Shown: in pieces, positions 59,540-64,000 of the stretch
Layout of the letters: each line of letters opens with the position of its first letter
How positions within the stretch are numbered: the first letter of the stretch is position 1
DNA from: Candidatus Sulfomarinibacteraceae bacterium
Lineage (GTDB): Bacteria > Acidobacteriota > Thermoanaerobaculia > Thermoanaerobaculales > Sulfomarinibacteraceae
Length of the DNA: 64,000 nucleotides
Assembly: GCA_963796455.1 (NCBI GenBank)
Contig: CAWCLO010000005.1
Location: 155,757 to 219,756, forward strand
Direction of reading: 5' to 3'
The notes under the pieces: model-generated
What the model was told of the DNA's origin: nothing
The model's input: the letters and a program-made list of their open reading frames with translations, nothing else
Databases searched by the model: none
Program-made: the position numbers and the translations under genes

Positions 59540-60658
59540 TCACTCGCGTACCTGTTTGGCCTCAGCTAGCCGATAACTGGTACTTCGACCCCCACCCGGG
59601 TTCTTCACAATGATGCCTCGTTCGAGCAGCGTCTGAATATCTCGAAGCGCAGTGTCGTTTGAGCACTCCGCAAGATTTGCGTACTTCGATGTCGTCAGGT
59701 GCCCCTTGAAGTCGTCGAGCATGCGGCTGATGACCTTTCGCTGGCGCTCGTTGAGCGGGTTCTGGTTGATCCGTTGCCAGAGGCTCGCCTTGTAGAGCAC
59801 CGACGACAGCGCCTTGTCCGCGCCTTCGATGGTGCGGTCGAGACAGGCGAGGAACCACGCAAGCCATGCGGTGACATCGAGGGATCCGCGCTGAGCGGAT
59901 TCGAGCTGGAGGTAATATTCCCTCCTCTCTGCCTCGATAACCGACGACATGCTGTAGAAGCGTTCCTTCGTGCCATCTGCCTGCGAGAGTGCCATTTCAG
60001 CGATGGCACGAGCGATGCGCCCGTTTCCATCCTCGAACGGGTGAAGGGTCACAAACCAGAGGTGTGCGACGCCGGCCTTGAGCACCGGGTCAAGCGACGG
60101 AGGCCTGTTGAACCACGTGAGGAAGGACTCCATTTCGCTCTCGAGGCGTTCTGCCGGAGGCGCCTCGAAATGAACTCTCTCCTTGCCGATAGGCCCGGAA
60201 ACGACCTGCATCGGACCCGCTTCACCGGTTCGCCACGTACCAACCGTGATTCGCCCCATCCCGCTGCGGCCGGTAGGAAAGAGCGCGGCATGCCAATCAA
60301 AGAGGCGTTCCGCTGTGAGTGGCGCGTCGTAGTTCCTCGCCGCATCGAGCATCATCTCGACGATCCCGTCGACTTCCCGGCCCGGCTTGGGAAGGCCCGC
60401 AATATCGAGCCCGAGCTTGCGAGCGATTGATGAGCGAACCTCGTCAGGGTTGAGGCTCTGTCCCTCGATGGCGGAGGTAGTCACCACTTCGTCAGTGAGC
60501 GAGGTGAGACTCGCTTCGGTCCGGAAGTCGAACCCGAGAGCCTCCATCTTGCCGAGGTGCCTGCCCTGCTTGTGGCGCACCGCCGCCAGCGCCCCCGACA
60601 GGGCTTCACTGTCCCACTTGAAATCCGGCCATCCGGGCCGCTGGTAGATATAAGTCAT
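59540..60658 (-). CDS. Fic-family protein with DUF4172-like N-terminus and C-terminal HTH
   Basis: YIYQRPGWPDFKWD; HPFEDGNGRIAR; DTALRDI...GGGRSTSY. Confidence 0.92.
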   Translation of the reverse strand: MTYIYQRPGWPDFKWDSEALSGALAAVRHKQGRHLGKMEALGFDFRTEASLTSLTDEVVTTSAIEGQSLNPDEVRSSIARKLGLDIAGLPKPGREVDGIVEMMLDAARNYDAPLTAERLFDWHAALFPTGRSGMGRITVGTWRTGEAGPMQVVSGPIGKERVHFEAPPAERLESEMESFLTWFNRPPSLDPVLKAGVAHLWFVTLHPFEDGNGRIARAIAEMALSQADGTKERFYSMSSVIEAERREYYLQLESAQRGSLDVTAWLAWFLACLDRTIEGADKALSSVLYKASLWQRINQNPLNERQRKVISRMLDDFKGHLTTSKYANLAECSNDTALRDIQTLLERGIIVKNPGGGRSTSYRLAEAKQVRE

Positions 60659-60673
60659 AATCGACGCATTTCT

Positions 60674-60702
60674 TGCGGTGATTATATCTTCTAATCACCG
60701 CA
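60674..60702. promoter_or_regulatory. Palindromic operator upstream of the Fic gene
   Basis: TGCGGTGATTA-N7-TAATCACCGCA. Confidence 0.7.
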
Positions 60703-61025
60703 TCGGCAAGCTTTCGCTGCATTTCATACAGCAAATATCCCGCTCATCACCGCACGAAGGCGCTATGAACCCTATTGCTGCTTTGGCGGACAATGCAACA
60801 AGGAGGCACCCTCAAAAACCCTGCGCCGAGAACCTGATTCATTACATCCACAACAAGCGCACCAGAAGCATTCTGGTATTGCCTCGGGTTCCGTGCTTGT
60901 CAAGGCCGGCATCGCCGTCGGAGATCCCAATCTTCCACTGGGTCAATGCCCACCAATCGGCGCCGAAGTTCCACTTGCCCAGCACACCGCGGCTCTTGGC
61001 GGCCCGATTCAACATGCGCAATCAG

Positions 61026-61889
61026 TCACTCCGAAACCTCGCGGGGGGCGGCAGCAAACTTCGCAAACACCGGCGGCACTGCCAGAAGCCCGATGATGAC
61101 GTGCAACGGAACCACCAGCAGAACCATGGTGAACATCCCCGCCGGCGGGTCCGTGATGCCGAAGAACGCCACGAACCCTGCCGAGATGTTGCGCGAACTC
61201 TGTCCGAGCGCCACGACGCTGCGCTGATTCTGTTGCAGGCCGAAGCCGATCAGATAGGGCACGACGGCCATCACGACCATGAAGATCACCCATGCTCCCG
61301 GGGCAAAGCTGCCCACCGTGTCGAGCATATCGTCGCCGTAGATCCACAGGCACGTGCCCAGGCAGAGCAGCAGGAAGATGCCGCCGGTCTTTTTGATCCA
61401 TGGAAAGATCTTCTCGGCCACTTTCGGCTTGTACGCACGGATCGCAATTCCGATCAGCAACGGAATCAGCACCAGGATGATGAGCGGTTTTGCAAGCGGC
61501 CAGGTGCTCAAGGTCAGCCCCTTGATCAGCAGCGGCGCCATCACCGGCATCAACACGACCGTGACGACGGTGCCCAGCAGGATGTAGGCCCCCGTGAAGG
61601 TCATGTCGCCGCGGGCTTTCATCGCAGCCAGAGGGAGGAACGGTGCGATCGGCGCCAGACTTGTCAACATCAGCCCGGCGGCATGTCCCTCCGACAGTGG
61701 CAGCACGAGGATGATCAGCCATGCGAGAGCCGGTCCGGCCACCCAGCCCCAAAAGAGGCTCGGTACGAGGAGCTTGGCGCTCCGCAGCCACTTGAGCGCC
61801 TCTTTCAGATCGCACTCGAGGCCTCCGGCCATCAGATTTGCCACGGTGAATACCACCACCGTGATGTTGAACCACGTCATTATGTCCAT
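61026..61889 (-). CDS. Bile acid:sodium symporter (BASS)-family transporter
   Basis: Many TM helices; APIAPFLP; GQSSRNISA. Confidence 0.8.
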   Translation of the reverse strand: MDIMTWFNITVVVFTVANLMAGGLECDLKEALKWLRSAKLLVPSLFWGWVAGPALAWLIILVLPLSEGHAAGLMLTSLAPIAPFLPLAAMKARGDMTFTGAYILLGTVVTVVLMPVMAPLLIKGLTLSTWPLAKPLIILVLIPLLIGIAIRAYKPKVAEKIFPWIKKTGGIFLLLCLGTCLWIYGDDMLDTVGSFAPGAWVIFMVVMAVVPYLIGFGLQQNQRSVVALGQSSRNISAGFVAFFGITDPPAGMFTMVLLVVPLHVIIGLLAVPPVFAKFAAAPREVSE

Positions 61890-61974
61890 GGTCTGGTCCC
61901 TTTTCTGCTTCTCAGCGATCTGTCCGCTCGCATAACACGATCCCCCCTCGACGGGTACCTCGACCGGCCATACG

Positions 61975-62100
61975 CTAGACCTCAGCCACCATGTTGCGTA
62001 GGCGCATCTCTTCCCACTCCGCCATGTTCGAGGGAGCGTGGAACCACTCCTTCAGGGCATCCGCCAGCCATTCGTAGATCTCGACGTCTTCCGTTGTCAT
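61975..62100 (-). CDS. 41-aa small ORF coupled to the activase (not in ORF track)
   Basis: ATGA overlap with activase stop; MTTEDVEIYEWLADALKEWFHAPSNMAEWEEMRLRNMVAEV. Confidence 0.6.
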   Translation of the reverse strand: MTTEDVEIYEWLADALKEWFHAPSNMAEWEEMRLRNMVAEV

Positions 62101-63073
62101 TTCGTCCCGCCGGGTTCTTCGCCGGTACGGCCGAAGGCCTCGTCGATGATGGCCTGGAGGTGCTTGACCACGTCGTCGGAGGGCGTCTTGTAGTCTTCCA
62201 GCTCATACTTCACGCCCAGGCTCAGGTATTTGCCGAGGCCGAATCGGTGATACGGCAGGAGCTCGTAGTCGATGACGTTTTTGTGGGGCCGGATGAACTC
62301 GAGGACCGCCCGGATGTGCTCCTCGTCGGCGTTGATGCCGGGGATCAGTGGCGTGCGGGCGATGAAGTCGATGTCGGGGAAGGCCTCGTAGGCCTTCTTA
62401 TAGTTCTCAAGGATGCGCTTGTTGCTGACGCCGGTCCACTTCTTGTGCCTTTCCGGGTCCATCAGCTTGAGGTCGTGCAGCATCGTGTCGACGTGCGGTA
62501 GCACCTGTTCGACGTACTTCCAGGGCACGTTGCACGCGGTTTCGATGGCGGTGTTGATGCCTCGTTCGTGCGCGCCCATGAGGAGAGCAGCGCTGAAGTC
62601 GGGCTTGAGCAGACACTCGCCGCCGCTCAGCGTGAGGCCGCCCCCGGTGGATCGGTAGAACGATTCATCCTTCTCCACCTCTTCGAGCACCTCGTCGACC
62701 GTCATTTCGTTGCCGAACATCTCCAGGGCGCCCTCGGGGCACAGTGAAGCCAGTGCCTCGTCGCAGTCTCCGGCAAGGTCCCAGTTGACGTGAACCGTGT
62801 CGTCAGCTGCGCCCTCCACGACATAGAAGGTGCCTTCGGGAAAGGGGGCCTTCAGACAGATGCCACACGCCTCCTTGCCGGTGCACTTTCTGGGGTCGTA
62901 GGAGAGCTCGGGTTTGAAGGCGATGCTCTCGGGGTTGCCGCACCACTTGCAGCGCAGCGAGCAGCCCTTGAGGAAGACGTTCGTCCGGGTGCCCGGGCCG
63001 TCGTGGGTGCAGTAGCGTTGGATGTTGAGGACGATGCCAGTGGGAGCGGATGGTTTGACAGTTTTTTGCTCAT
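62097..63073 (-). CDS. Glycyl-radical enzyme activating enzyme (radical SAM); start codon out of frame by one base
   Basis: NIQRYCTHDGPGTRT.VFLKGCSLRCKWCGNPES in frame with ORF 62097-62819; GGLTLSGGE; LLPYHRFG; SD GGGGAG before ATG 63073. Confidence 0.9.
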
Positions 63074-64000
63074 GAGCTCGCTCCCCAGGAAGATGCCGAG
63101 GGAGCGGGCGATTTTCACGAACCCGCCGTCTACGGGCACGGTTCTGATCTTGTTGATGGCTTCGGCCAACGGCACGAAATTCACGTTCGGTGGAATAAAA
63201 GCCACCATCGACCCGTAGTTGCCTTCCTTTACGGCTTGCATGGCCCCGACGCCATAGGCCATGGCCAGCTGCCGGTCGACGGCGGTCGGGGTGCCGCCCC
63301 GGACCCAGGGGCCCATGACCATCGGAAGGGTCTCCTGGGCAAGCTGGAGCTGCAGCCCTTCGGCCACGGCTTCGGCCGCTTTGCCCGAGCGCCGGATGAC
63401 GTGGTCACTCGCATCACCCGTCGCCAGCGGCGACAGCGACGCCTTGAGGGACGAGGGCTTCTCCTCGGGCTTCCCGTCGTCGACGATCTGCTTCGCCCCT
63501 TCGGCCACCACCACCAGGCCGTAAGGCCTCGTGGCTGTCACCTTGTCCTGCAACCTCGACGCCACCGCCTGGAGGTCGCAGGGAATCTCCGGGATCAGCA
63601 CCGCATCGGCGCCCACGGCAATCCCGGCCTGCAGGGCAATCCACCCGGCTTGCTCGCCCAGGACCTCGACCACGCCGATCTTGTGCGCAGCCTGGGCCGC
63701 CTGACGAACCCGGTCGAGTAACTCGATGGTCGTGCTCAGTGCGGTGTTGAAGCCGAAAGAGACCATGGTGCCGGCGATTTCGTTCTCGATCGAGCGCGGC
63801 ACGCACACTACGTTGAGCCCCTTGCGGTGGAGCTTGTACATGATGGTCAGCCCGCGGCCACCGACGACGGCAATCAGTGCGTCGATATTTTCGGCCTGCA
63901 ACTTGTTGATCAGTTCATCGGACATGTCGACTTCTTCGACCATGTCGTCCTCATTGACGGTACGCACGTTAAACGGGTCGACCCGGGCGCCTGTCCGAGC
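63070..64000 (-). CDS. 6-phosphofructokinase-fold protein with degenerate catalytic motifs; 5' partial, 3' end uncertain
   Basis: SFGFNTA, VVEVLGEQAGWIAL, LIPEIP, RGGTPTAVDR; homology ends near ARSLGIFLG although the frame runs to 62852. Confidence 0.85.

Noticed and set aside
60842..61015. 57-aa minus-strand ORF with LGKWNFG, faintly like the sulfatase GKWHLG motif
   Set aside because: Too short, no other sulfatase motif and no clear SD; at most a remnant
62852..63069. 73-aa low-complexity C-terminal tail of the PFK-like ORF
   Set aside because: It is the out-of-frame reading of the activase N-terminus

Overview
GC-rich bacterial window. By inference from gene content and a C-terminal 'FSDDFE' motif, it may come from an Acidobacteriota/Thermoanaerobaculia-like facultative or anaerobic organism. 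The left ~43 kb is mostly housekeeping: a DtxR/MntR-regulated Tro-type Mn/Zn/Fe ABC operon with an inserted outer-membrane barrel gene, ribH-nusB, FHA and Ser/Thr-kinase signalling genes, a DnaJ homologue, a coupled kinase-LOG-deaminase-cNMP-def operon, acpP-fabF, ClC, etfBA, cydAB-cydDC, sfsA, glyQS and ppdK. Its intergenic spaces carry several repeat families: a modular element with a near-invariant 44-bp core, REP-like hairpin doublets and inverted short tandem arrays. The right ~21 kb is accessory: several OM beta-barrels, DUF3300/DUF2950, a tripartite RND pump, a Cys-rich sensor kinase, a Tat-signal diheme protein, a nucleotidyltransferase pair, a Fic gene, and the distal end of a glycyl-radical locus (degenerate PFK-fold protein, activase, unannotated 41-aa ORF, BASS transporter). 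Five promoters in this accessory block share one 19-bp motif placed exactly 20 nt upstream of a TAnnnT -10 box, suggesting a local regulon. Several single-base frameshifts look like sequencing indels. No rRNA, tRNA, CRISPR array or transposase was recognised. All family assignments are from motif recognition by eye, not from database searches.
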